Shown here: positions 46,463 to 58,717 of the stretch, piece after piece
Position numbering within the stretch: the first letter of the stretch is position 1
Layout: every line of letters begins with the position of its first letter
NCBI GenBank assembly: GCA_001599295.1
Contig: BCGN01000003.1
Span: 1,426,001-1,490,000 of the forward strand
DNA length: 64,000 bases
Direction of reading: 5' to 3'
Source of the DNA: Sporopachydermia quercuum
Taxonomy: Eukaryota
Program-made: the position numbers and the translations under genes
The notes under the pieces: model-generated
Seen by the model: only the letters and a program-made list of their open reading frames with translations
What the model was told of the DNA's origin: nothing
The model's database searches: none

Positions 46463-47420
46463 GTTGAGATAGTTGAATGACTAACTGAATGGCTAAATGG
46501 CTGAATAAATGGCCAATTGACTAGCTAGTAAAGAAAGAAACTTGTATTGTGAATGAGCTGTTGACTTTGTTTAGTAGTTATTTGGCTGGCTAGCTACATG
46601 ATTTGTAAGAGCAATGAAAACTGGAGGACTGGATTGTTCAATTTTGGTATTTAAACATTGCTAAATTAATCTGATCAAAACATGACTGATTGATTCCTGT
46701 TTTTCATTTTTGATGTATGATATCTGTTTTATTATTTATTTTGTAGATTAAACTACTGTATAATAGGTCTAATTGATATATTAATTGTTTACATATCCCT
46801 ACTAATTCTACTATTGTTACTATCTATTTGTTGAAATTTGTTTAGCTTTCATCGAACAAACTAGCATTTACGGTGATTGTTATAGCTACTTCTAAGCAAA
46901 TTTTTTCTCAGAAAGTGTCGAGGCTTATACGAACTAATAAGTGAAGTAGTCTATTGATAGTTTTATCCCTCTTCGAGTTCATCATTAGCATTGTCATAAT
47001 GATCAGAGCGCATAATCAGAAATATGACACTACGTCTCACTTTATGAGGCAAGGATAAATCACGTGGAAAAATTAAGGGCGAAATAATTTTTCTAATTCA
47101 AAATTTGGTTCGTTCCAAATAGGGTAATGACTGTTGAAGAAATATTTTCTGCGTAAATTGCATACCCTCTTGTCTCATTAACTTCATTTCAGCTTATGCC
47201 ACTCACATTCCACTCAAAACTATGGCAGTGCGTCAACCCACTCACTCGAACGGGACCTTCCTGGTTAGTGCCTCAGTGTGGATGTGGAAGATAGTAAGAA
47301 GCTTCTTTATCAATATACTTAAATTTTAAAGAATCTTGAGGACGCAGTAGAACTAAGGAAAGAGGAAAAACCTGTTATTCATCGCAATAATTAATAGATC
47401 ATCAACGAAAATATATCAAG

Positions 47421-47978
47421 GTATGTTATTGAAAGAAGCAAATGAAATATTCCAGATAGTACTGTTAATGATAATCGTGACTGAGGAACAAATGGGAGAC
47501 TTCAAATGGGAGACTTCAAATGGGATTTGATGGATTGAAATAAAAAGCTATGAAATGAATATCAGCAATAGTAGTTATCATAAAGAGCTAGGAGAATCAC
47601 TGTTTAATCTTTATTATAATTCCGTATTGAATGGAAGACGACACCAGCAAGCCCACTAGTTGAATGATTGTTCAAGATAGAAGCAACTAGTTAGTACTGT
47701 GCAAACCTTTTAGCTATCCAGTACAGCTTTCTGCAGTTTAATAGAAGGATTTACTTGAAGCCGTTTGAGACAATGCAACGTGCGTTTAAACAATTATAAA
47801 TATTTGCACTACCTGTTATATTGTTCTCCCACAGGTGATATGACCGAACGAAATACCTCAATTATCAGTCATTTATCATTCACAATTTATCTCCTATTAA
47901 TACTTCGCTTTGTACTATAAATATGGAATATCCACAACTATAATTACCCTGCTGAACTGGAAACTAACATGTTTTTAG
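47421..47978 (+). other. 5'UTR intron of RPL32 ending directly at the ATG (558 nt)
   Basis: AAG|GTATGT at 47421 and AACTAAC-ATGTTTTTAG|ATG. S. cerevisiae RPL32 also has a 5'UTR intron. Confidence 0.85.
47489..47525 (+). repeat. 14-bp tandem repeat (about 2.6 copies) in the RPL32 intron
   Basis: CAAATGGGAGACTT twice, then CAAATGGGA. Confidence 0.85.
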
Positions 47979-48374
47979 ATGGCCGCCTCACTTCCCCACC
48001 CAAAGATCGTGAAGAAGCACGCTAAGAAGTTCAAGAGACATCACTCTGACCGTTACGACCGTGTTTCAGAATCATGGAGAAAGCCTAAGGGAATTGACTC
48101 TTGTGTCAGAAGAAGATTCAGAGGTACCATCCGTATGCCAAAGATCGGTTACGGTTCCAACAAGAAGACCAGACACTTGTCACCTTCTGGCCACAAGACT
48201 TTCTTGGTTTCTAACATCAAGGAATTAGAATTGTTGTTGTTACACACCAAGACCTACGCTGCCGAAATTGCTCACAATGTTTCTTCCAGAAACAGAGCTG
48301 CCATTGTTGAAAAGGCTAAGTCTTACGGTATCAAAGTCACCAACCCTAAGGGTAGATTAGCTCTTGAAGCCTAA
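47979..48374 (+). CDS. RPL32: 60S ribosomal protein eL32
   Basis: [38 protein letters not shown]; strongly biased codon usage. Confidence 0.99.
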   Translation: MAASLPHPKIVKKHAKKFKRHHSDRYDRVSESWRKPKGIDSCVRRRFRGTIRMPKIGYGSNKKTRHLSPSGHKTFLVSNIKELELLLLHTKTYAAEIAHNVSSRNRAAIVEKAKSYGIKVTNPKGRLALEA

Positions 48375-49409
48375 ATATTTCTATGAAAATAATATAATAT
48401 TGATTCATATCGTTTAATTAACTCTTTACAAGAAGATATTTTCTGTAGAATTTTGGTTAAATGTTAAACATGGAAATAAAGCGTTGCTTTGGATCCTCAT
48501 TAGGGGACAATCTATTGTAACATAGATTTAAGCTATATTTTCAGAATTTTTCCGAGATATCTGTTACTTAAATACTAGTTTTATCCTTCTTAAATCACCT
48601 GCAATCAGTGAATCTGTTGTCATTATATTGCTTGGTCTTTAAGTGATGTCTAGTGTATACTCCCCTTACTAATCATTATATTTTCTTATCTTCTGAATAA
48701 TCCTCTCAGCTTGATCATTCCTTGAAGTTCTTTAAGCCCTGGAAATGAGACCCAAACATTCACTTCACTAAATTAGAACAACGGTAGAACAATACCTGTA
48801 ACTGACTTCTCATAGACTAGCCTGTTTATTCTACTCAAAAATATCAAAAGCTAATAAACTGGCATATTATTGAAACTCAAATCAATTCCCTCAAAGCAAG
48901 TAGTAAACCTACCATTCATCTCTTAGTGCCTCACAGTCCTTTTATAATTAGCTAATCAAATAAATAAGCATGCTCTTACTTATGTCTCTCGCCTTCTTTT
49001 ACTAGATTATGTAATCATTATATCATCTTCATGTCCTCGTTGATTGATTCCTTCATGTTTATGCTGTCATTTGTATGTGTCAATTAACAAGCACAAATAC
49101 ACAGTATGGCTACGGAACTACTCATAATCTATTACTGAATCTAGAAATCAAACCGCTAACATATACATCTGATAAGCGGGTCAAAATTGGGGAAATTGAA
49201 ATACAAATCAACAACAGTTTCTCCTGTTTTGCTTCAACAAGACAACCGAACTTCCTAATCCAATCAACAGCCATTCAGCACAAAGTCCGGAACCCGATCA
49301 TCATCAACTATACAACATAACCTTCGATATTCAACACTTTCGCCTCATACAGCTCAATTATAAGTTTGGAACTGTCAATCAATCTTCAATATAAATTCCG
49401 ATTCTAACA

Positions 49410-52400
49410 ATGTCGTTTTTAGAGTCGCTGCGATCGAAAGCAGCAGCTCTTTCTATTTTCGATAGCTTCCAATCGGATTCTAATCCAAAGCCCACAAAGG
49501 ATGAACTATTCAGAAGAAGTTTCAATCTTCCAGACTCTGAAATAATCATTGATGAATCATCAGTTGAAATAGCATTCACCTCCCCATTTCACAACGGCTC
49601 TTCTGCCAGTTCTTCTAATTCCCATACTACCACAACTATCCCTAATGAAGACCCGATGAATGGTACAGCTTTCTATTCAGGCAGATTATATCTTACACCT
49701 CATTTTCTAATATTCAAGGACCAATTCGATAGGAAAATATGCTCTTTTGCTATAATGCTAACAACAATTAAAAGGGTTGAAAGATTACCTTCCAAAACGT
49801 ATATTTTTGCTTTACAGATAAATCTATTCCATAGCTTATCTATCACCACTCAATTCATTGGCTTGCGATCAAGTTCCGAGAACTTCTCTCACAACCTCAA
49901 GAACTGTCTTAAGGAAAACCTTCCATTACTAAAAACGATGAAACCTTTCTTAGACTCGCTGTACTCTGAATATCTCTTCTCCGAACGATTTAAACCTGGT
50001 GGAGAAAAAATCGAACCTCCTAACGGTGGCTTAGGTCAGATATTCAGATATCCTGGTGATGCTAAGAAGCTGCGGGATAAATCAAAAATGAGACTTTGGT
50101 TTGATTATCTAAAACTTCATGGTAGGAATATAACAATCATTAAACAGCCCATGTTTTATAAGCTGATTCGAGTTGGGTTGCCTAATAGATTACGAGGTGA
50201 GGTTTGGGAGCTATCTAGTGGTTCAATGTATGAAAGGTTTCAAAAGCCTGAATTATACAAAGGATTACTTGAAGTGAATAAGGATAAAACGTCTCATGCA
50301 ATTGATGAGATCGAGAAAGATTTGAATCGTTCATTACCTGAATATCATGCTTATCAAACAGAAGAAGGTATCGATAGATTAAGAAGAGTTCTAACAGCAT
50401 ATTCTTGGAAAAATCCTGATGTTGGCTATTGTCAAGCTATGAATATTGTTGGTGCTGCTTTATTGATATATATGTCAGAAGAACAAGCCTTTTGGTGTTT
50501 AAATAGTATATGCGAAACGATTGTCCCTGGTTACTATTCTAAAACAATGTATGGTACTTTACTTGATCAAAAGGTATTTGAAGCTCTAGTCAAAAACACT
50601 ATNCCTATATTATGGGATCATATATCAAAAAACGATATCCAATTATCAGTGGTGTCTTTGCCGTGGTTTTTATCATTATTCATCAATGCTATGCCTTTAA
50701 TATTTGCGTTCAGAATCCTTGATATATTCTTTCTCATGGGTTCTAAAACACTCTTCCAAGTGTCTTTAGCTATATTGAAATGCAATGGAGAAGAACTTCT
50801 CAAGACTGAAGATGATGGCTCTTTTATCTCTGTTCTAAAAGATTATTTTGCATCCTTGGACCAACCTGCCCATCCAAATGCTAGAAATGAAAGAATTAGA
50901 AAAGCTACTAAGTTTCAAGAACTTTTGGTAGTTGCTTTCAAAGAGTTTCAAGTCGTCACTGATGAAATGGTCAATGACTTGAGAGGCAAGCATCGTAATA
51001 GTGTACTAGATGGTATCGAGGTATTTGTTAAACGTACTCAGATTAGAAATATACCAAAGGTTGCTAATCTGAATCAAGATGCTATTTCTAATATCTATGA
51101 TAGGTTTTTCCAGACTATCCAGTCTACAAGATTAGGATTTGGGGCTGGTGTAAACAGGATGAGCTATCATGCGTTTCGAGTGTTTTTAGCAGGTTTTGTT
51201 GATTGGATTGATAAAGGAGATGATGAAGATACTATTACTGGGAATGCCAATGGTAGTAATGGTAATAAACTAGTGGAAGTTCCAAGACTATTATTTAATA
51301 AATGGCAAGGAATTGGTGAACCTGACAACAGCAGTCATAATACTTCTAATGATAATAGTAATGGCCCAGATGTACCTCCAGGATTGACATTGGCTGATGT
51401 GGCCCTTGGACTAGACTCTTTGGTGGAGAAAGATCTAATGGTATCTATCAGTAACTTTTTCTCACTGTATACAACGAAAGAAAGACCCGATAGAGTTGAT
51501 AAAGAAGGCATTCTTCGTATTTCTGAAGGTTTATTGTATCTTACTAAGCCTTGGAGAGAAGGAAGATTGTTTGATAGTATTACTAGTAAGCTCATAGAGG
51601 ATTCTATTGCGGAAAAGATCGTGCAAGATAATGTTGAAACCGGAAATAATAAAGATAACGGAGATAATAGGAGTCGAAGTGGCAGTATCGGAGTTACCAC
51701 AGGTGAACATATCAGCATTGGAAATAATATCACTTCTGATGGTACCCAAGGGGGACGTGGGAATCATTCTAAATCTACAGCTACATCTACTTCTTCAATT
51801 CTTAAGCAAGCTTCTGATGATATAGTGATTCCTGAGAATATTGAAATAGATCGCGAGGATTTTGAAAGACAACAACAGGAAAGATACTTGACATCTATTG
51901 GATCATTTATGCAAAGGGCTTTCGAGTATGCTCTTCCTGATGAAGCATCTGTTCCTTTAATTGATCTCGATGATGATGATACTAATTCTCCAAAGATAGA
52001 GCTTTCCAAAGCTGAAAAGAAGGTCTTGAAAGCTAATACAGCCTTAGATCTCAGTAGACAGTTGTATGTATCCTTAGCTACCTTCCGCATGGTAATTCTT
52101 GCTGATGAGACCCTGGAAAGCTTTTTCAGTGACACTTTACCAAAATCTATTCATTTAGATAAAACTAGTGAAATTGGTTCCACTAGTTATAATATCAGAG
52201 AGATGTTTGATGGAATTATGGCTGATGGACGCAGAGTCGCCCAAGAAGTTAGAAGAAAGATGGATGAGCTAGGAAGACCAGCTTCAGCATCAGTTTCTAG
52301 TGGTTCTGGCAACAGCAGTAATAATAGGAATGGGGCAATGGATGAAGAAGAAGAATTTGATCCTTCTATGGTGAATGCTGCAGATTCCACTGATAAAGAG

Positions 52401-52487
52401 CTATTAACTGGGGCAGAGGTTTCAGCAATGATTGACATTCCAACAGAAAGTATTAAAAGTGAAGAACAAGTCCTACATGGGGATTAA
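49410..52487 (+). CDS. MDR1: Rab GTPase-activating protein (GRAM plus TBC domains)
   Basis: GRAM (YSGRLYLTPHFL); TBC motifs IRVGLPNRLRGEVW, IEKDLNRS (Arg finger), GYCQAMN (Gln finger). Confidence 0.9.
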   Translation: MSFLESLRSKAAALSIFDSFQSDSNPKPTKDELFRRSFNLPDSEIIIDESSVEIAFTSPFHNGSSASSSNSHTTTTIPNEDPMNGTAFYSGRLYLTPHFLIFKDQFDRKICSFAIMLTTIKRVERLPSKTYIFALQINLFHSLSITTQFIGLRSSSENFSHNLKNCLKENLPLLKTMKPFLDSLYSEYLFSERFKPGGEKIEPPNGGLGQIFRYPGDAKKLRDKSKMRLWFDYLKLHGRNITIIKQPMFYKLIRVGLPNRLRGEVWELSSGSMYERFQKPELYKGLLEVNKDKTSHAIDEIEKDLNRSLPEYHAYQTEEGIDRLRRVLTAYSWKNPDVGYCQAMNIVGAALLIYMSEEQAFWCLNSICETIVPGYYSKTMYGTLLDQKVFEALVKNTXPILWDHISKNDIQLSVVSLPWFLSLFINAMPLIFAFRILDIFFLMGSKTLFQVSLAILKCNGEELLKTEDDGSFISVLKDYFASLDQPAHPNARNERIRKATKFQELLVVAFKEFQVVTDEMVNDLRGKHRNSVLDGIEVFVKRTQIRNIPKVANLNQDAISNIYDRFFQTIQSTRLGFGAGVNRMSYHAFRVFLAGFVDWIDKGDDEDTITGNANGSNGNKLVEVPRLLFNKWQGIGEPDNSSHNTSNDNSNGPDVPPGLTLADVALGLDSLVEKDLMVSISNFFSLYTTKERPDRVDKEGILRISEGLLYLTKPWREGRLFDSITSKLIEDSIAEKIVQDNVETGNNKDNGDNRSRSGSIGVTTGEHISIGNNITSDGTQGGRGNHSKSTATSTSSILKQASDDIVIPENIEIDREDFERQQQERYLTSIGSFMQRAFEYALPDEASVPLIDLDDDDTNSPKIELSKAEKKVLKANTALDLSRQLYVSLATFRMVILADETLESFFSDTLPKSIHLDKTSEIGSTSYNIREMFDGIMADGRRVAQEVRRKMDELGRPASASVSSGSGNSSNNRNGAMDEEEEFDPSMVNAADSTDKELLTGAEVSAMIDIPTESIKSEEQVLHGD

Positions 52488-52833
52488 TGATGACTAAATG
52501 AGCAAAATGGTTTATACAAAGGGTCGTTTCATTGGTTATTATTATTATTATCTCTTCTATAGATGTTATGGCATAAGAAAAAATGGAGGAGATATAAGAA
52601 TTGTTCTATTTTCTTAAGTATATCACTGTTAAAGGACATAAACTACTAGTGTATGTAGCTGAAACAATGATATATTGCCTACAAGTAATACGAAGAAATA
52701 CATAGTAATGATAATGGAGATATAAAACATCGATAGGGCAAATAGGAAATTGATATTACCAAATTATAATACTATTACTACTAATACTATACATACGCTA
52801 ACGGTAACAGTTTATTCTAACATTCCTTCGCGT

Positions 52834-55417
52834 CTACTTCCTATGAAACATCTTCTTCAACCCTCCAAATCGTTTCTTCTTTTTTTCTGCTTTTGGTGCA
52901 GTAACATAACTATCTCCTCCATCTCCTACAGTACCAAGACCTTTACTTTTCTTAGGACTATCAAATCTACTGGTTTTTATAGTTGGTTTAACAAACACAT
53001 CGTCATCAGAATCAGAATCAGCAAATCGTGAAACAAAAGGCTTTGAAGAAACTGGCGTTGGTGATTCACTTCTTTTACGTGAATGCGAGTAAGATGGTGA
53101 TGGTTTAGATGGAGGTATTGCAAAGGAATTCAATGTATGAGCTGCAAATCCATTGCCAGTACCTACATCGGCACCAGAACCAGCACCACCAGAAGCAGTA
53201 GCAGCAGATGAGACGTTAGCAGTACTGCTGTTATTATGACTATTATGACTATGCATAAAACTATGACCATGACCATGACTAGAATTACCACTGGTTCCCC
53301 CATCAACTCGTAATGACAACCGTTTAAAAGAGTCAGTTGGTTCCTTTGCCGGAGGATGGCTTCTTAGTGTTGTGAATCCCAGAACACTGCCCGGGCCACT
53401 ATTATTGCCATTGCCATTGCCGTTTCCATTGCCATTTCCAGGCTTCTTAACAGAAGCAGCAGCAGCAGCAGCACCAAATGAAAGCTTTGGTAGGACCAAA
53501 CGGCCTTTTTCGATCCGGGAAGGCGTTCGTTTCACTTCGCTTTCGGGAGGAACAACAATTTCTACTTTCTTTCTTGAACGGGTCCTCGTTAATGACATTT
53601 CATCGCTAGAACCAACCATTGCTCCTTCATCACCCGAGTAAAAAGAAGAGTCACTCATATCCGAGAAAGAAAGCCTTCTGGAGTTCCTCATGGCAGATTT
53701 CATAGGTTTGGCATCATGTCCAGGAGGTGTTGATAGATGAATTGGTTCTGTAGATAAATAACCTGCAGACCTCAATTGCTTAGCTAAGGAAATATGATTA
53801 TTGCCAGACGTTGAATTGGAACTCGATTCATCGTACAAATCTTCATCATCACCAGAACCAGGTTTCAAGAAAGAGTGCCTTTTAGGTGTAGAAACTGGCG
53901 ATATGGTTTTAGTAGTATTGACGTTATTTTGTTGCCTAGTAGTTAATGATTCGGTATCTAAATTGTTGATGGAAGAAGAGCGCGATCTGATTTTCCTTGT
54001 TGAAGTTAAATTGGACGGACTGGGAACGGTAGGGCTATCATTAGGCAAAGCGGAAGAGATATTCTGAGAGTGTTTTAGATTGATTTTAGGAGACGGCGGT
54101 CGAACTGTTACTTCTACTAGTGTTGAGTTAGTCGAACTGGCAGAATCAAGTTTCTCCGTTGGCGATAGAGGGGAAGGAACCAGAGAATTCCGTTTGGAAA
54201 TAGTGGAGACTTTAGTAGGAGAAGAAACAGATTTGGGTTTAGAAGTTTTTTCCCGAATTTCTGGTTCTCCACCATCATTTCCGGTATCATCATCTAGAAC
54301 TTCCATAATATCCGGCAAAGTTTCCACTTGGGTTGGCAATCTCTGGACATTTCTGGATTTGGATTTAGACTTTCCTTTAGTTCCGCTTTTACCCGAATGT
54401 CTCGGCTTCGTTATCGAGATCTCGGGGACATCAGGAACTTCAACCTCGACCTGTTGTAATCCCGTCGCTGTAGGAATCCATTTTTTTATTATCTTCGTTT
54501 TCACTTTCGGTTTATCTGCTGATACCAAACTGTTATTTCTGCTACTACTTCTACTGATAATACTGCTATTGCTGCTTCCAGCTATTGAACTGGCTTTTGA
54601 TGTGCTTGCAGATCTTGTGAGCTTTAATCTTGGAGCATCATCAACGATGACAGAACTTCTTTTACCTTGTTGTTGTGGTTGTTGTTTAGCAGTGGCACTA
54701 CCAGAAGAAAACTTCATAGGCTGTTTGGCACTAGGTTCAACGACCTTTGTTTTAAAGAAAGGATTTGAAGAAATTCTTGCTAGAGACTGTTGAGTTAATG
54801 ACATAGTTCTCCTAGGTTTTTGTTTAGAGGCAGTAGCGGTAGTAGTAGATGCAGCAGATTTACCACCAGCAGTACTATTAGTAGTACTACTGGCAGTAGT
54901 ATTAGTAGATTTATTCTTATTGTTAGCTACTGCCTTTTGAGCGGCAACAGTAGTATGTCCAACTGATGATACACTACTTGCCTTAGGTGCACTTTTATTT
55001 AAAGCAGTTCTGAAGTTGGAGATTGATGCAGATTTCGTCAGTGAGCTTCTCTGATTTTTTCCTTTTGATCTCAACTGAGAATAAGACCCAGTATCAAGAG
55101 ATCCAATAGAAGAAGTCCTATTATTAAGAGAAGCTGAAGAAGAAGATGGGGTACTCAAACCTGCTGCGGAAGCAGCAGCCACAGCATTGTTGCTAGCTCT
55201 AGGAATAGATGGTGGCTAGTAACTGTTAGTAATTTGAATTGTATATCAACACATAATGTGTATATGATCAATAGCTAATAGATCAGTAGCCCAATAGTAC
55301 GTGTAGTAATATGCTACGTCATACAAATGAGTAACACTAGATGATAATACTTACAGCATATCCAACCCCAGTATATGAATAGGATGATATTGAGTAAGTT
55401 CTTGAATTTTTACTCAT
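52834..55417 (-). CDS. Ser-rich eisosome/cortical protein of Seg1/Seg2/Msc3 type; 2 exons 55417-55355 and 55215-52834
   Basis: Motifs RRTMSLT, KKWIPTATGLQQVEVEV, PMKSAMR and basic C-terminus KKKRFGGLKKMFHRK resemble Seg1/Msc3. Intron GTAAGT(55354)..TACTAAC..TAG(55216) joins an ATG exon in frame. Confidence 0.7.
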
Positions 55418-55478
55418 TGTGGGAAAACGATTGATGATATGATGCTTTGCTTCTTGCTTTCTGCAATAGTAACTGTTC

Positions 55479-55522
55479 TAATATGTATAATATGTATAAT
55501 ATGTGTAATATGCGTAATGTGT
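55479..55522 (+). repeat. Degenerate 9-bp tandem repeat (TAATATGTA-like, about 5 copies)
   Basis: taatatgta taatatgta taatatgtg taatatgcg taatgtgt, in the 5' leader of the SEG1-like gene. Confidence 0.75.
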
Positions 55523-56690
55523 TTGATATGCCGGTATTGTGCTATTATCATTAGAACCAGGTGGGAAATACCAATGATGTTTAACTAGCAAACAAAAAAT
55601 CTCAATAGATAAAAAGTATCCTGATTGGCGATTCAAAATTTTACCTAGTTTAATCAACAGTTCGCTTTTACTATGCATTAATTCTACTCCTGTAACGATT
55701 GTTCTGGTGATGTATCCCACCTTATAACAAGGCCTTGTTGATGATAAGAAGTCGGTATTAATATGGGTGGAAAAACGTCATAGAACGTTTCAGTATTACC
55801 AGAATTTTAACTGATAATATCAAGTAATGATGAATTGGCAGGATAATTCACAAAATAATTAATGATTCACCTCTACTCATCTTTTTATTAGATGATATTG
55901 GATCAGTTAGAAGAGATTAAAAGAGGAAGAAGGGAATGATGGATTGAGTACGCGTAAATTGACAGGATATGCAGCCAGCTGTATGAATAATGCAAAGTTG
56001 TGACAAACATGACAAAAGAGAATGAGACATTGGATTAGGGTGGGCGGGAGATCTAACTGGTGGGTGTGATAAGATACTAGCTTTATTACGAAGTCTTTTG
56101 AAGAAAAATACTGATAGTAAGGTAGCAAATTATAAAGGTGTTAACGAAATTGATTGATTGAGTGCACAGCGATGGAATCAATTCAACACGTGTATCTGCT
56201 GCCTTTTCTTGCTGCATTGTTCCTATAGCCTTACGTAGTACAAAAGACATACGCGTGACATTTCAGTTCTTCCTTCTCTGAAATGACATAACAGGCAATT
56301 AAGTAAGCGTCAAGACACAAAAGCACATTTGATGACAATTCTTCTAACTTCCATGACAATCCTCTGAAAACAGTATAATTTCCGTTTTTGCTTGGAAAGT
56401 CTCTTCTCGCCCTTCTCATAATCTCCGCTATCGTGGCATTTACTTTCTCATTGACTCTTCTCTCTACCAGAACACTTGGTGGTAGCGCTTGAAATCAATT
56501 ATCTCTTTGAATATATTCGTGATTGTATCATCAGATTTTTCTTAAGAGGGTGCATAAACCATTCAACCCTTTAATACAGCTTTTCATTAAGATAAAATCT
56601 CTTTATAGCCACCACCCATTCAACTAATATCTCTTTCCAGCGGTAAATTCACTAGCAAACATACACAGCATAGTTCAAACATTTACAGAA

Positions 56691-57758
56691 ATGTCACTCG
56701 ATTTAGAACCATCATTGAAGTCAATAATTAATCAAAAATCTCTGAAATGGATCTTTGTTGGAGGCAAAGGTGGTGTAGGAAAAACCACAACTTCATGCTC
56801 AGTAGCTATCCAAATAGCTAAGTCTAGACCTAATGAAAACATCTTGCTTATATCAACGGATCCAGCTCATAACTTATCGGACGCTTTTGGGCAAAAATTT
56901 GGTAAAGAAGCACGTAAAGTAGAAGGATTAGATAATCTGTCATGCATTGAGATTGATGCATCTGGTCAATTACAGGAATTGATGAATTCTGATGAATCTG
57001 TTGATGGTGCTAATCCTTTAAAGAACTTAATGGAAGATGTAGCACTTTCAGTACCAGGAATCGATGAGGCACTTTCGTTTGCAGAGGTGTTGAAAACTAT
57101 CAAGAATCAAAAGAAAGTCATTGAAAATAGCAATGGAGGTAATAACAATGATAGCAATGCAACTACTGAAGAGCTGATTGATTATTCAGTTGTCGTATTT
57201 GATACAGCCCCCACAGGACATACTTTGAGATTTCTACAATTACCCACAGTTTTATCACAAGCCCTTGAGAAGTTTTCTCAAATATCCGGTAGATTTGGAC
57301 CTTTAATGAGTTCCATTTTAGGCAATCAAGCCCCAAACCAACAGGATATGTTCAATAAACTCAATAGTCTTAAAGAGTCTATTGCAGAGGTAAATGAACA
57401 GTTCCAGAACCCAGATTTGACTACATTTGTATGCGTTTGCATTGCAGAATTCCTTTCATTATACGAAACTGAAAGATTGATCCAAGAGCTTGCAGGATAT
57501 CAAATTGATGTGAATTCAATTGTTATCAATCAGTTGTTATTTGCTAACAATTCTGATTGTAATCTATGCAAAAGTAGATGGAAGATGCAAAGAAAATACT
57601 TGGATCAATATGATGATTTGTATGAAGATTTCCACGTTGTCAAAATGCCTTTATTGGGTTCTGAAATTAGAGGAAGAGATGCTCTTATTGATTTCTCAAA
57701 GTTTTTGGTTGAACCTTTTAATCCCGAGACGGATTTACAAAGGATTAGAGAATGTTAG
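56691..57758 (+). CDS. GET3: Get3/ArsA ATPase for tail-anchored protein targeting
   Basis: [44 protein letters not shown], CxxC (CNLC). Confidence 0.98.
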   Translation: MSLDLEPSLKSIINQKSLKWIFVGGKGGVGKTTTSCSVAIQIAKSRPNENILLISTDPAHNLSDAFGQKFGKEARKVEGLDNLSCIEIDASGQLQELMNSDESVDGANPLKNLMEDVALSVPGIDEALSFAEVLKTIKNQKKVIENSNGGNNNDSNATTEELIDYSVVVFDTAPTGHTLRFLQLPTVLSQALEKFSQISGRFGPLMSSILGNQAPNQQDMFNKLNSLKESIAEVNEQFQNPDLTTFVCVCIAEFLSLYETERLIQELAGYQIDVNSIVINQLLFANNSDCNLCKSRWKMQRKYLDQYDDLYEDFHVVKMPLLGSEIRGRDALIDFSKFLVEPFNPETDLQRIREC

Positions 57759-58717
57759 GTGGGAGTGATGTATGATGGTGAGTCTTGATGAGAACCGATA
57801 GTAGTAAGTATCAGAATGAACAGGTACTGTTAGCTTTAATACCTTACTTTAGTTGATGGCTATTACAAATAATATAGTAAATAAGTAATAATAGATTTTT
57901 TATACATAATGATTGAAGATATGTAGCTAAATAACATAGCTGCGATAGCTCTAATGGTCATTGCACTATGCTCCGGAATGTGGTAAGGTTTGAGAATCCA
58001 AAAGTACATGTGAAACAAAAAGGTTGGATGCATATTTGTACATCTTTCTGCTTAAACCCGAACTTTAAAATAAAAAAACTCCTTTATAGCCTGTTATGAT
58101 TTAGTCTTCAGAATAATCAGCTTTACTTTCAACTCACCCTTAAAACCGCTCAACTTAATTGTACCCCGTCTCTCGCTCGTATACTTACCCTATCTAATAT
58201 CCCAATTAACATATCACAATTAGCCATTCGTCATTTGTTTGCTCTTTCTCTGAAATCCCTCGCTTAAACTTTACCTTTCGGCATACAAACCTTAACCCTT
58301 TCACCCCAACATTTATCATATTCTCCGAAATTCTCTCCCTCCAGTCTCCGTTATTTACTTATCGGAACTTTTTAAAAACAGTGCAAGTAGACTCGATCAT
58401 TCTTGTCGGCTATTCATCAACAATCGCTTGAATTCTATATTCAGCTTGATCTCATGAGTTCAGCCAATATATGAAAATCAGTACGGAATAACAGTTTAAT
58501 GTCAAAAGTTATGCTTAGATTTGATTCTATTTCGTGCAGATTGGCTTAGCTTAGCTCATTGTTGCAGACCCTGTACACATATCGTCTTTGCTTGCTGCAT
58601 CATAGATAATATAGATACTACATTGAAAGCATTGGATAAAAACCTGATTTTAATTATTGCCTATCTATAAGGTACTGCGCCACATTTTTACTATGAGAAA
58701 AGCCGCGTTCTTCAAAA

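Noticed and set aside
49073..49176. Possible 5'UTR intron of MDR1 (GTATGT..GCTAAC..AAG)
   Set aside because: Weak AAG acceptor, far from the ATG, and no independent support.
54080..54793. Long antisense ORFs (237 aa here, 181 aa at 32605-33150, and others)
   Set aside because: Shadow frames of low-complexity coding sequence on the opposite strand.
58181..58190. ATACTTACCC resembling the U1 snRNA 5' end
   Set aside because: It mismatches ACTTACCT and no U1 stem-loops or Sm site were recognised downstream.
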